DNA of 64,000 nt. Origin: the human T2T-CHM13v2.0 reference genome, Homo sapiens. The notes below the pieces were generated by a model. It saw only the letters and a list, made by a program, of their open reading frames with translations, was not told where the DNA came from and ran no database searches. The translations under genes and the position numbers were made by a program. Location: NCBI RefSeq assembly GCF_009914755.1, contig NC_060932.1; one strand, given 5' to 3'. Below are positions 34,436 through 50,163 of this stretch, piece after piece (the stretch's first letter is position 1; every line of letters begins with the position of its first letter).

Positions 34436-35640
34436 CCTAAGAAAATAAGTTCAAGAAACCAGTGTTATTACCATAATTTTAAAAATGTCATTCTTGTTCC
34501 TCACAAAAGTCCACAAAACTACTGGAATATGTACAAATTTTTATTCTTTTTGGAGTTACGCAATTCATATCTTCTCGGAGAGAGGCCCTTTCAGAGAATT
34601 TCAGTCATTTTACCATGAAGAAGCAGAGACTATAAAACCAACATATGCAAAATAAGATGAACAAAATGTTTGTTTTAAATAAAATAACTAAGTTAGAATA
34701 AACCTACATCAGTAATATCAATTTATATTTTTTCTACTAGAACACCAGCCAAGATCACCTGCCTCTCATTTATTTTTCTTACCTATTCTAAGCATAAGAT
34801 ATTAGATCAGTAGTGATTCTTTATCCTAATAGTAGTGGATTTGCTTGAGAAGGTTCAGCTATTTTAACAACAACAACAACAAAACCCCACTGATATCTTT
34901 GACTTGTGCATGTGGCATAATAGTTGTATCTCTGGATTAAGAGATATGTATTTCTTGTTTAAGTATCTGATGACACTTAACTTCTGCTTTTGCCAATCTG
35001 TGAACAAGAAAAAACAATGTGCTTGGTCTGGAAAAAAGCAAGGTTGACCCTTAATATCACATTCTTGACCCTTACTAACCAGGAAGGAATTGGAAATAAT
35101 ATTTTTGCTGCTGAGGTTTGTCTAATGGTTCCTGAAAGAATTTTATATTTTCTTAAGTCTAAATCTTAACCACATTTGCTGATAAGGGCTTCTGCTTGTA
35201 CTAAGAAAAGTAATCTACAAACCATATTGTTTCAAAAGACCAGATACAACAAATAATACAATGTTTCCAAAAGGATACTGTCAAGCTCTGAACTTCACTA
35301 TGCACATAGCAAACATTTTTGAAGCTATAGTATTTAAAGCTGGCTCATTCAATCCGAGACTCCTCAATTATGTCAAATTCAAAGCAAATCTTTGTTTCAA
35401 GACTGGGTCCTTCAACAAATGCCAGTGGTAAAGCAGGAGGTATTATCCAGCCAATAACTCTGGTGATCTTAACTAGCAAACCTGCTAGCATTGCCATCTA
35501 ATTATTAGAAGTACCTAGAACAATCACTTATGTGTGAAGATTTGACACATTTATTCAGTAAATAAGCAAATTTCCATTTTATTTTTGCTTCTCTGAATTT
35601 GAATATGCTTGGACAAATCACAGTAACATTCCCTTTAACC

Positions 35641-36478
<838 letters not shown>

Positions 36479-38929
36479 CTTTAACCCTTTGGGAAAATAG
36501 ATCTTATTTTAAACTGTTTTTCCCAGTCTAAACTTTTCCACGTACTCAGCATTTTTTTTCTTTTTTTCCTAGTGTGCTTTTTATGTGGATGTCGTTTATC
36601 CTAGACCCTTTAATCAGCTGCTTTAATCTTAAAAACAAATCTCTCAAAGGAAAGTAATTTCTTTGAGACCCTCTACAGTCTTTGGAACAAATAACTGCTG
36701 AATATCCTTTGTTTTACTCTAGTTTAGATAACGGAATGCCATGTGCATGTACTTATTTCCTTAGTAAACTCAATGGTCAGGCATGAGTAATTTTATTTAT
36801 TAGTCTCTCCCAATAACCTTTTAAACATAATTCAGTACACATTTTTCTTTGTTTCCAGTTTCAAAGATAAATTTTATCTTCTCAAGTTTATATACTCTTT
36901 TTTTGCTTATATTTTCTTCACAAGTAAATACACTTCTTTTTATAGAGTTCACTTTAGTTGTATTTTCTTGGGAATTAATGTAATGATTTATCAATTTATA
37001 ATATATAGCATAGGTTGGGTTGTTTTAAACCAGGTTTATCTTCTGTAATGATTTTACAAAATGAATATAATCAAAAGTCATATTATTAAAACAGGATAGG
37101 AAGATGAATTTTTGAATATTTTGTTGGCCTTATTACTTGTCAGTTATATCATAAATCTTAAAATCACTACTCCACAGCTTATTTCAATTTATGTAAAATA
37201 TTTCTCCATTTATAGTTTTCTTTCTATGTATCCTTTTCATCATAAAAACTCCAAATGCCTCTGCCTGTATATTTTAATCTTCTAATCGCTTATCAGATTT
37301 TCTAGCCCTCAATTTAATAGTTTAAAATTTAATTATTATGGGACAACTGAATCTGATCAACATTCTGTTGTTATATATATATTCATTTATTATGGGGTAG
37401 ATATATGAAAATTGTATTTATGCTTTTATAGATATTACCTTTTTTAATTTGGGGAGAGGTATTTATTTTCTTGGCATAACCTTACTTTGACAGAGTCTCA
37501 GAGTCTACCAATTTGTGGGAAGTAAATTAGGACAGCTTTCCTTTCCATTTAAGTTGTCTCTTTTGGTTCCTTAGCTATTCTTAAGCTTCTTTGAGATTTC
37601 CGCAATCAATAATCTCTTAACATGCTGACAGAGGAAGCTATCCAGAGGTATTTTTATCTATCCTTATATGATTTCATTTATTATGTGCTGTGATATAGCT
37701 GTAGTAATATGCTTGTGCATCATCTCAACTTTGCATTGAATTGAAAAAAGAATCAAAACCTGTAAAAATATTGCTATATTCCATTTCATTACCTAGCAAA
37801 GACATTAAATGCAAAAGTTCTACATTGCTTAAGATATTGATGTACCACATTACACAGATGGAGCAGAATGCAATTTCACCCTAATAAGATCTTCATGTGA
37901 CAAATGTCCCTGTTTCTTTCAAGACATTTAAATTATACTCCACAAACTGAATTTTAATAAATATTTAAAAAGAAATTTCCAGACATACAAGTAGAATTAA
38001 ATAACATGATAACACTAGATTTTATAATTTTTAGTATTTGTCTTACAAGTACTCATCATAACATTCTTATTAGCACATACAAACATCAGCGCCTGTGATC
38101 ATTAGCTATGGTTTTCAGAAGCTGGCGTGTATTCATGAAATGTAAAGTAAAATGTCCGTTATCTTGTTTATAATCCATTAATTATTTTTGAATAGTGATT
38201 TCTTTGAGAACAGTGCCACATATGGCTTCTGAATATGTAAACTAAATTTTTTTCATTAATTATTGTTCCTGTAATTTGAACTAAGATTCAATAAATCCTG
38301 GAAAAGTTGACAGATGCAAATGTGAAATTAGGCAGGGAACACTGAGATGGTAAAGAGTTGTTTTGTTTTGTATGTTCTTTTAAAATATCCAAAGCCCTGA
38401 AATGAGTTTGTATATTTAAATGTCACTAAATAATTGATATACTTACTTTCTACTATGGTAAACTTAGTACAGGTGTGCACATTGTTTTGGCAAAAGATGA
38501 GTGATTTTAACTCATTTAAACTATAAATTATTGAATTGCAATATTGGTGCATTAAATTCAGGAAAACAGAATAGATGCTGCCTGACAACAACAAATCCAG
38601 CACAGACCAAAGGAAATACATTAAATACAGATGACGCTAATCTGGTACAGACATGTTGTTTTAAAATTCCGATTTTTCCCCTTAGCTTCTACTCTAAAGC
38701 TTGTTTTAAGTCACTAAGGGTAATTAAATACACTAACTTTTGTTTTTCTACCTCTTCTTTTTTCCTTCTCTTTCTTTTCCTTTTCCATTCTTTTACTCTA
38801 TTCAGAATTTTCTTCAGTGAATGTAAAGAATCACTAATATGCAGACACATTCTCTTCTAAAGAATAAATGGATGGCTAAGTCAGCATGGTCTGATATATG
38901 CTTAAAGAAATAAAGATAAACATGCATTT

Positions 38930-38970
38930 GGCTGGGCATGGTGGCTCATGCCTGTAATCCCTGCACTTTG
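38930..38970 (+). mobile_element. Alu 5' fragment (first 41 nt only)
   Basis: GGCTGGGCATGGTGGCTCATGCCTGTAATCCCTGCACTTTG, then an abrupt end. Confidence 0.9.
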
Positions 38971-39084
38971 ATTTGCGATGTTGAGCATTTCTTCATATAT
39001 TCATTATTCCTTTTTGACAAGTGTCTGTTCATGTCCTTTGCCCATTTTGTTAATGGGGTTATTTGGGTTTTGCTTGTTGAATTG
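38971..39084 (-). mobile_element. Short L1 ORF2 3' fragment
   Basis: GATGTTGAGCATTT...AAGTGTCTGTTCATGTCCTTTGCCCATTTT, homologous to 10484-10600 in this window. Confidence 0.8.
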
Positions 39085-39148
39085 CATGACTAGCTTTTTA
39101 ATTGATAAGTACTCTTAATTTTCTTATTTGTATTCAAATATAAAAGGC

Positions 39149-39203
<55 letters not shown>
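39149..39203. repeat. Compound (AT)n(AG)n microsatellite
   Basis: Direct reading. Confidence 0.95.
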
Positions 39204-39206
<3 letters not shown>

Positions 39207-39213
39207 CACGTTT

Positions 39214-39499
<286 letters not shown>

Positions 39500-39525
39500 A
39501 CATATTTACATCATTTTCATACTCA

Positions 39526-39847
<322 letters not shown>

Positions 39848-40444
39848 GATCATTGTTCAACCTGAATATATTGTAAACATATGAACAGTTAAAATATTAT
39901 AAAATTATGTAGAAAATTAAGCCATCTGGCATACAAATTCATGTGTTCGTAATACAAGTTTATCAATATCCAAAAACTATATAATATTCTATTATTCTTT
40001 TCAGAAGAAACATGTCCTAAAAGTCACAAAGTTTAAATATGCTATACTTAGGAGCAAAGCTTTGCTGATCAAAATGAAAATGAAATGAATGATATAGTAG
40101 AATAATTTAAATATGAGTCTACGAATAAAATGTATTAAAACTATAAACTGTGAAAAATTATTCCCTTCAATATATTGTCTTAACATCTTATATTTACATC
40201 TATCAACAAAATGACTTTGTGTATTATTTAAAAGTTTCCTCAAGTCAACTATGTGCAAAGACATTTCTATTATATTTTTTGGAGAATTGAGCTCACATTA
40301 TTTTTTTCTGTTATTATTAAATAATAAATTATTACATGAATGGTTTAATACTATAATTTTAACAATTGCAGTGAAGATTTCTGATCTTGGCCAAGATGTG
40401 TAAACCACTACAGTATAACTCTGCCAGTTCAACTCTGAAATATG

Positions 40445-40500
40445 CACACGCACACACACACATATGCACACACACACATACACACACACACACACATACA
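40445..40500. repeat. Imperfect (CA)n microsatellite
   Basis: Direct reading. Confidence 0.9.
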
Positions 40501-40709
40501 TCAACTATCTCTGGACTCTAAAAATTAAGCAAAGCACATAGATGTAGTGGGGGAAAGGGGAAACTTGAATTATGTGACAGGGATTTTCCTGTTATGTTTA
40601 TTTATTTTGTCCTACCTTTTCTCTGGCATTGATCCTAGGATGAGTCCCACACAAAGTGGTATCAGGCTATAAAGGCAGTAGAAGCTCTGATAGAAACCCT
40701 GTATTTATT

Positions 40710-41320
40710 ACTTTAAAAATTAGACCTTATTTTTAGAATAGTTTTAAGTATAGAGAAAAATTAAGTGGAAAGTATATAGTGAATCCCTACAGATTCCCTC
40801 TCCCTTTTCGCCTTCTCTAACCCATTGTTTCTCCTATTATTAACATCTTGCATTAATGTGCTACATTTGTTATAGTCGATGGGTCAATATTCATAAATTA
40901 TTAATGGCCAAAGTCTATAGATTACATTAGAATTCACTCATTGTGTTATATATTCTATAGGTTTTGACAAATATATGACATGTGTCCACCATTACAATAT
41001 CATACAGAATAGTTTTAATGCCCTAAAAGTCCCCTGTGCTCCACCTATTCATTTCTCCTTCTTCCCTTCCCCATTCAACCCTGAGAGCCACTGATTTTTG
41101 TTTCATGTCTTCGTATTTTTTTCTTTTAGAGAATGTCATATAGTTAATTAGAATTGTATGGACTGTACCCTTTCCAGATTGGCTTCTTTCACTTAGCAAT
41201 GTGCATTTTAGTTTCTTCTATGCCTTTTTGTAACTTGATAGCTCATATCTTTTTATTATTGAATAATATTCTACTGTGTGTACATTTCTCAGTTTACCAT
41301 TAAGCTATTGAAGTACATCA
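40710..41320 (-). mobile_element. L1MC/MD-type 3' UTR fragment
   Basis: Reverse complement of 3' UTR motifs also seen on + at 43400-43740 (e.g. CCCTAAAAGTCCCCTGTGCTCCACCTATTCAT). Confidence 0.75.
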
Positions 41321-41334
41321 AATAAATGCCTTCC

Positions 41335-42285
41335 TACGTATATTATAATAAAATTGCTGAAAATCAAGCATAAAGAAAGAAATCTTCAAAGCAGCCAGAG
41401 AAAAATGGCATTTGAAATAAGATAATGTTTTGAATAAATGCAGATTCCTGTGACTGTAACAACAGCTTGAAAGTGCTGAAAAAAAGAAAAAAAACAATTC
41501 TGTATAAAATTATCATCTCCTTTAAAAATGATGGCAAAATACATTATCAAATAAAGAAAAATTAAGAGAATTTGTTATCAGAATGGTGGTCTCTGTACGC
41601 ACACACACTAGTTTTTAGGCAAAAGGCAAATGAAGCCAGAGAGAAACTTGGAACATTAGACATAATGCAAGAAAAATAGTCATGATATAGTAAACATCTG
41701 AGTACATATGAAAAACTAGTTTTCTTCTCTTAAGTTTAAAATATGTGTAACTATTTAAAGCAAAAATCTTGGTAAATTTTCAATGTATGTAAAAGTGCAA
41801 CTGTAACATAAACAGTCCATAAAGTGGTAAGGCTTTGATATTTTATTTATATTAATAAAATATTAACTATGAAATCTGCAAAAGTTTGTGCATATATATT
41901 GTGAGGTCTATAATCACTACTAAAAACACACTCAAGATAATGTATACAATAGACCAATTAAAAATCAGAATGGAATAATGAAAATATTCAAGTAATCCAA
42001 AAGTAGGCTGGAAGTCAAATAAATAAATTAAAAAAATTTAAAATAACAAAATCACAAAATGGTAAACCAAAGTCACATTATGTCAATAACTATGTTACTG
42101 TAACTGAATAATTTTCATATTTAAATGCAAATGATCTAAAAGCACCAAATTAAAGAGAAAAATTACCATATTGCATAAAAAGACCTATATGCTGGCTATA
42201 ATAAACTAAATATAATGACATAGATTACAATTATAAGCATGAAAAATATAAACTATCTAAACACTAATCACAAGTGAGCTGGTGT
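41335..42285 (+). mobile_element. Very old L1M ORF1-end / ORF2-start remnants
   Basis: AAATCTTCAAAGCAGCCAGAGAAAAA (ORF1) and TTAAATGCAAATGATCTAAAAGCACCAAATTAAA (EN start). Confidence 0.55.
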
Positions 42286-43880
42286 GAAGGAGAAGAATAA
42301 AGTTGGGGGACTGACACTACCCTACTTCAAGACTTACTATAAAACTGCAATAACTGAGACAATGTGGTGTTGGCAAATAGAGAAACAGGTCAATGAAACA
42401 GGATAAAGATCTTAGAAATATACTGACAAAAATGAAATCAACTGATCTTTGGTGAAGAAGCAAAGGCAATACAATAAAGCAAAGGTAGTCTTTTCATGTT
42501 TGAACAACTGGACATTCACATACAAAAATGATTCTAGATATAGACTTTATACCCTTCACAAAAGTTAACTTAAAATGCATCACACACCTAATGCAAAACT
42601 ATAAACCTACGGGAAAATAACAGGAGAAAATCTACATGTCCTTGGATTTTGTAATAACTTTTTAGATACCACAGCAAAGGCACAATCCCTCAAAGAAAGA
42701 ATTGATAAGCTGCACTTCCTTAATTTTTTTTTCCTGCTCTGTGAGAGGCACTGTCAAGACAATAAAAAGGAAAGAAGAAAATACTTGGAAAAGATACATC
42801 TGATAAAGGACTTTTATTCAAGACATACAAAAAACACTTAAATCTCAACAATAAGAACACAAAAAACAAAATTTAAAAATGGGCCAAAAATCATAGTAGA
42901 CACCTCAACAAAGGAGATACACAGATGGCAAATAACCACATGAAAAGATGTACATCATATGTCATCAGGAAACTACAATTTAAAACAATGAAATACCACT
43001 ACACACCTGTTAGAATGGCCAAAATTTTGAATACTGACAACACCAAATGGTAACAAGGATATAGAGCAACAGTAACTCTTATTTATTGTGTGAGATAATA
43101 TAAAATAGTACAGCCATTTTAGAAGGCAAGTTAGGCAGTTTCTCACAAAATTAAATGTTCCCTTACCACGAAGTAGAGCAATTGTGCTCTTTGGTATTTA
43201 CCTAAAGGAGTTGAAAACTTATGTCTGCATAAAAATCTGTACATAAATGATTATAGCAGTTTTATTCATAATTACCACAACTTGGAAGCAACCAAGATGT
43301 CCTTCAATAGGTGAAGGAATAAATAAGTTGTGGACCTCCAAATAGTGAAATGTTATTCAGTAATAAAAAGAAATGAATAATCAAGCCATGAAAAGTCATG
43401 GTCATGAAGGAATCTTAAGTGTGTATTACTAATAAAAGAAGCCAATCTGGAAAGGCTAGATACTGATTCCAACTATATGACATTCGGGAAAATGCAAAAC
43501 TATGAAGAGAGATAACAGATCAGTGGTTGCCAGGGATTCTGGGAGAGAGAGGGATGAATAAGCAGTGCACGGAAGATTTTTAGGACAGTGAAACTCCTCT
43601 GTATGATGCTGTAATTGTGGATACATGCCATTACACATTTGTCCAAACCCAAGAATGTATGACCTTAGGAGTGAACCATAATGTAAACTATGGACTTTCA
43701 TGATTATGATATGACAAAGTAAGTTCATAAATTTTTATAAATATACTCCTCTGATGGGGGATATTGATAGTAAAAGAGGCTCTACATCTCTGTACTTTAT
43801 GCTCTGTAAGAAATCTCTGTACTTGATGCTCAATTTTGCTTTGAATCTAAAACTCTTCAAAAATATGTCTATTAAAAATA
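42286..43880 (+). mobile_element. L1MC1/2-like ORF2 3' part and 3' UTR
   Basis: GACTGACACTACCCTACTTCAAGACTTACTATAAA through TGCTCAATTTTGCTTTGAATCTAAAACT...CTATTAAAAA. Confidence 0.8.
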
Positions 43881-44289
43881 ATCTTCCTCTGAGTTTTACA
43901 AGATCCACAGATTGATTTGTTTAAAGGTGCTTTATGAAAAAAGAAAGAAAGAAAGAGCTAAGATACTGTAGATGGAAGTGTTCCAAGCAGTCTCTGGACT
44001 TTCCATAGACTTTCAGCAGCATGAAGGCAGAAATCTCATCTGTTCGACTTGTTACATAATGTTTATCGATGATAGCAGCCCAATATAGAATTTGATGTTT
44101 GAAGCTGTGGTGGCTATTTTTTGAGAATGAGGGAAAGAAAAAATGATATCAGTAAAGCTGACTCATAGACCAGCTACATCTGAGCTGCTAAGTTACCCCA
44201 CCTGAGACCTCTTACATTCAGACATCTTGCTCTATGGCATAATTAAATGTCCTTGTTGTCAATTTTTAAATATGAATTTGTGATATCAA

Positions 44290-44603
44290 TATTAGAGAAA
44301 ATTTTCATAAGAGCAAGGAATATTTTCAAGGATAAAAGGAACATTACATACTGTAAAAAGGTTAATTCAGCAAAATAATATAATGATGGTAAACTTGTAT
44401 GCATTTAACCACAGAGATCCAAAATATATAAAGGTAAAACTGATAGAACTAAAAGATAGACAGATCCAAATTAGAAGACCTGAATGGCTCTACATACCAA
44501 TGTAACATATAAGAAATTTATATAACACCCACCTACCAATAACACCATATATATATATATATATATATTTCAGTTCATATGAACATTCACCAACATAGAC
44601 CAA
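44290..44603 (+). mobile_element. Old L1 endonuclease-region fragment containing (TA)n at 44547-44567
   Basis: GATAAAAGGAACATTACATA...GAACATTCACCAACATAGACCA. Confidence 0.6.
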
Positions 44604-44609
44604 CAAAGC

Positions 44610-45921
44610 GTTTTGTAGTACAGTGACAGTGGGATCCATCCTCGTTTGCATGTATCAGCAGCAGTGGCAGTGACAGTACTAAAGGGTGCAGGTTTGTCTG
44701 CTGCAGCATGGGGCTAGAAGGTGCTGAGGTGCCTGCCTTCATTCAGACATTCACTACAGTGGTGGAGGCAACCTGTTTGCTGGTGACTGTGCATGCAGGT
44801 GCACTGGTGGTGGTGTTGGCACTGGGGTGGGGTGCTGGTGGGTGCAAGTCTGTGTGCATTCTCTGTGCATGGCAGGCAGAGGTGGTCGCACAAGGCCAGG
44901 GAAGGTCTGCTGTTTTCTGTGCTGAGTTTTACACAAGTTTCAACATCAACACTAGTTTCGACACAAGTTGAAACTAGTATTGATGCAAGAGTGGGGCACT
45001 AGCAGGGTGGGACTGATTGATTCTGTGCCTGTCAAAGCTCCAACTGCAGTGCTTGGCTGGGGGACAGGGTGCAGAGTGCATTCCTACCACAGCAGTGGCA
45101 GGGCAGAATGCAGGCACACACGTGTTGACCGGGCAGAAAGTCAAAACCTGCCTGAGTACATGCGAAGGAAAGCTATGTGGGGAGTTGCTGTGGGTCTGGG
45201 GGAAGCTGTAGTGTGGGGTATGAGCCTGCCAAGCTGGTGCATGGCCATGGGGGCTGCCCCATGGGAGCTCTCCACTCATCAGACACAGTCAGCCAGTGCA
45301 GGAGCTACGTCGTGGGCCCGGAAGGCACTGGAGGCTGCCTTGCAAGCAGGCATGGCCAGGTTGGGGCCCCGGGATAGGCAAGCCAACCAAAGGGTGTTCG
45401 GGCCAATCCAGGTCTGTCTTATGGGCAAGACCACTCTGCAGAGTTCAGGTCCAACAGTTCCCCTAGGACTAATGTCTCCTATGGGAACAAGTCTAACCTT
45501 AGGAGATGGCAGTCCCTGGCCATGCTATCCTATGGAGGCTCCCACACCAAACCTTCTGGGCTCCCTATCAGCTGGCTTACTGACCCTACCACTTCTCTAA
45601 GTAGCTCTCCCTGCCAACTTGAGTGTCTGTGAAGGTCAAGTGGTCTCTTCCTGCCGGAATTTCAGAGTCTCATGGCCAAAGCAGGTTGCTCTTGGCAAGT
45701 TCAACTTACCTGTTCCCTCAGAGTTTTGTGGGGCCAGGAACTAGTTCTGGTTCCAGGTAGCCCTGTGCAGAGTTCCTGGCTTCCTATCCCTTCAGCCCAG
45801 CTTGTATGCCTTTCCTCTGTCCACTTTCAGTGCCTTCCTTCTGAAGATCTGTTAGGAGTGCACCAGTCATTTTGGTCCCTTCGTGGCAGCTGTTCAACCT
45901 GGCTGTGCCTAGTCAGCCAGC
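44610..45921 (-). mobile_element. Isolated L1 5' UTR (L1PA13-16/L1PB-age)
   Basis: GC-rich, CpG-decayed; ends GGCTGTGCCTAGTCAGCCA, the reverse complement of the L1 start TGGCTGACTAG..GCAGCC. Confidence 0.7.
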
Positions 45922-45929
45922 AGCTCCCT

Positions 45930-47880
45930 ATTTTTATATGTAAAACCAACCTTGCATTCCTGGGGAAAATCTCACTTGGTCTTCTGATATAATCCTTTTT
46001 ATATGTTGCTTTATTAACTTTGCTAGTATTTTACTGACAATTTTTATGTTCACATTCACAAGAAATATTGGTCAGTAGTTTTCTTTCCTTGTAGTGCTTT
46101 GGGTTTTGGTATGAAGACTCATAAAATGATATGGGTAGTGTTTCCTCCTCTTATTATTTTAGAAGTTGAGAAAGATTGATGCTAATTCTTTACACATTTG
46201 ATAGAATTCATCAATGAAGTCATCTGGGCCTAGTCTATTCTTTGTACAAAGTTTTATTGTTGCTTATATTGTTTTTTAATTAAAAATTTATTATCTTTAC
46301 TTGTTATAGGTCTGTTTCTTCTTTAGTCAGTTTAGGCAGTTTGTGTTTTTCTCAGGTCTTGTCTATTTCATTCTGGTTATCTAATTTGTTAGCACTGCTA
46401 GTAGCATTCTCATGAGTTTTGCTATTTCTGTCAGATTAGTATTAGCAATGCCTGCTCTTTCATTCCCCATCTTATTAACCTAAGTCTTCTTTGTCCTGTA
46501 TTTTGTAGTCAGAACGTAGCTAAATTTTTGTCAATTTTGTTGATTTTTTTAAAAAGCTCACTATTTTATTTATTTTCTCCTTTCTTCTACTCCAATGTAT
46601 TCATTTCTTATTTTCGTTAATTCCTTCCTTCTACTTTTTTATTTAGTTCATTTCTCTTTTCCTCATTTCTTAAGGTAAAATATTAGTTATTGGTTTAACA
46701 TATTTTTTTCTTTTTGGTATAATAGTTTCTAGGTATAAACTTTCATCAAAGTACTTCTTTTAGTTGTATTCCATAAGGTTTGGTATGTTATAAACATTTT
46801 GAGATAATGTTTATTTAGGTGTGAGATTTTAATTTCCAAATATTTTTTGAATTTCTCAAAGTTATTTCTATTATTTGTTTGTAATTTAATAACATTGCAG
46901 ATGAAGAATATACTTTATATTTTTTCAAATTTTAAATTAACTGAGACTTATTTTAAGGTCCGTATATGATCTATCTTGGAGAATATTTCATATGCCATTC
47001 AGAAGCATATTTATTTAGCTGTTTTTGTGTTAAGTGATATATGCATCTTTTCAGTATAGTTGGTTTATACTGTTTTTCAAGTCTTCAGTTTTTTTTAAAA
47101 AATTTGCTAGTTGTTTAATTCATTATTGAAAATAGGTAATGATGTCTCCAACTAATATTGTTTAATTTTTCTTTTCTCTTTTTGATTTCATTCATTTTTG
47201 TTAGCTGGTCTTGTCAATCTCTGTATTGACGTTTCTATTCAGTGAGACATTTTTTCCATTCTCATAATTTCTTTTCAGCCTTTAGCTATGGTTTCCTTTC
47301 TTTTTTTATTATATTTATAATAGATAATTTAAACCTTTCCTAATTAAGTCTTACTTCTGGGCTTCCTCAAGAACAGTTTCTATTGACTGCCTTTTCCCCT
47401 GTGTATGGTCCATACATTCCTGTTTCTTTAAGTGTCTTTTGCTTTTTTCTTGAAAAACTGGACATTTTAAATAATATAATTTGGCAACTCTAGAAATAAT
47501 AACTCCCATAGTTTGTATTTGTTTGTTCTTGATGCTGTTTATTGGTTTAGGGATTTAACTGGAATAGTCCCATCAAGTCTGCATTGTTTTCCATACAAGA
47601 TGACTGAGGTCTTTGCTTAGTTCACAGAATCAGTGGAAATTGGATAAAGACTTTCTTAAATTCCTTGAACCAAAGTTCTTGGTTTTTAAAGCTACCACAG
47701 AGCTAGGAAGAGAAAAACATATAAAATCCCACGATCCTTGCTGTTCTTACAGAAATCCAGCCACTTTTCTTAAATTATTTTTCTATTATTTCAAGTTTGG
47801 ATAAAAAAAATCTTAAAAAGTTGATTTTGAAAATTTTTGCCAGTGGTTTTATTGCTTGTATATAGGAGCAATTTTCCAAA
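45930..47880 (-). mobile_element. Old L1M ORF2 (EN to RT) and upstream fragments
   Basis: AACCAACCTTGCATTCCTGGG, ATAGAATTCATCAATGAAGTCATCTGGGCCT and ATGATCTATCTTGGAGAATATTTCATATG. Confidence 0.7.
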
Positions 47881-49807
47881 AGTATTTTTGCTCAGCTAAT
47901 TTTTTAATAGTTCACAAAAAACAATTAGTGGAGGAAATGCAGTTTTAAAAAAAACAATACTGGAAGAGTTGGATATCTGTATGCATCAAAATAAACCTCC
48001 AATTAAACTGCAAACCTCTTAAAGTTATTGCACCCAGCTTACAGATTCACTTAGCAAATGAACATTTTTGGTAGTTCTGATGACAGTAAACATAAACAAC
48101 CCACTGAAAAACAAGGGAAAATTTCCTTCCTCTAATCTTTCCTTATAATTTTTAAAAGTCTGAATTTTAGACCAAAGTATTGCCAAAAAATTAACTATAA
48201 AAAGTAGCATTTTATGGTTACTTATATTTGTAGCACATAGTATGGTGCTTCAACTGTGTGCTTAAAATACATTAACTTATTTAAAACTAAGGGATTCTTA
48301 TTATACATATGTCATCAGTTTCTTCTTTATAAAGTGAATTTAGAAAGATTAGTTAAATTCCCAAAGGTCACACATTTAATCAGTTGATTTAGTTTAAAAG
48401 CAAATGTAGTTATGTACTTTAGGAAAAAGCTCAAGCTACTAAAAATAATGCATACTGCCCCACTATACTTAATAACAAAATACAGATTGTCAAGTTTCAC
48501 AGATACAGACAGTTCTGTGAATTCTTGTTGTTTTATTAAGTGAGGTTTTGTCAAGCACTCATGAATTATATGTGGAGCATATATGAGCTTACAAATTTCC
48601 AGAAGCTCTCCTAACTCTATAATCAAAATCAATATTTCTCCATAATAAACAAAGTAGGACAATTTTATATCTAGAGGATAGTACTGGAAACTTTATCATG
48701 TTATTAGAATAATTTCTTATCATGCTATTAGAAAATTTCATCCTTCATTTGTAAAAAAAAATTATAGCAGATATTTTTAAAGAAAATTATTTGGAATATC
48801 TCCCTAGAATTTCTAAGAAAGACATATAAAACTTTTGCCTGATTGACTTTTGGTGGCTGCCTTTGAATAGAATCTATTCATTGAATCTGCTGAATTGAGA
48901 GTGAAATATATATAGAAAGATATTAGAAATAGAAAATGTGAGATTTCCCTGAGTTGATTAGGAGCATGCAATGGACACATCAACCTATTCATCTTTTTCA
49001 TTTTATCAGAGAAAATAAATGCCAACATTAATTGGCTAGCTCAGTATCATTTTTATTCTGCAGAATTTTATAGTGATGATGCTTCTCAAGAGTTCATTTT
49101 CTTTAAATCAGAACTTTTGTCTTTTAACCTCTCTCAGCTATGTTATTGTCGTCATAATAGCCAGAAATCAATAGGTTACATCTAATGAGAGATTATGACT
49201 TTTTGGCTTCATTTACGGATCATTAAATTGGCTACCAAGTTTGCTACATTTTTATAGAAGGGTCAGTTTTAAGGACATTTTATCTTTTTAACCATGAAGA
49301 TCAAATAGAATGTTCCTTTATTTAAGTGAGAAACCAGCGTTGATAAGCACATTTAATTATAGATTTTAATTTGTGTCTCTTTTATAGTTATAGTTCCTTT
49401 TATGTTTTTGCAGTCAATTTTAATTTCATGGAGCTCTTCTTTCTTCTTCAAATTCGTTAATGCAGGACATTTCGTAACACATTTTTTTCTTGTATTATAT
49501 GTGATGCCTTAAATCCTTTATTATATAATTTTGTTTGCTAAATCAAATCAATTTTGCACTTACGTTCATTCCTTTGAATGCCCCCCCATTCTGACTAGGT
49601 CTTTTACTTAATTTTATTTTGACAAGAACATGAGAAATAAAAAAGTTTTAGATTATTTAGATATCAAGCCAGGGAAAACTTATCCAGTCTGGCTTCCATG
49701 TGTCTGGTAGAGCAAATAACATAACATCAGAAAAAAAAATTAATTTATGAACATGAAGCAGTTTAATAAATTAACCAAGCTTTTAATAAGTTATAGGTAT
49801 TTTATAA

Positions 49808-50163
<356 letters not shown>

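Noticed and set aside
38328-38860. 97-aa and 119-aa ORFs in unique sequence
   Set aside because: Low-complexity F/L/S-rich translations with no convincing splice context or domain.
44968-45600. 210-aa ORF in a GC-rich segment
   Set aside because: Lies antisense in a decayed L1 5'UTR, has a non-ATG start (TTG) and no recognisable domain; expected by chance at this GC content.
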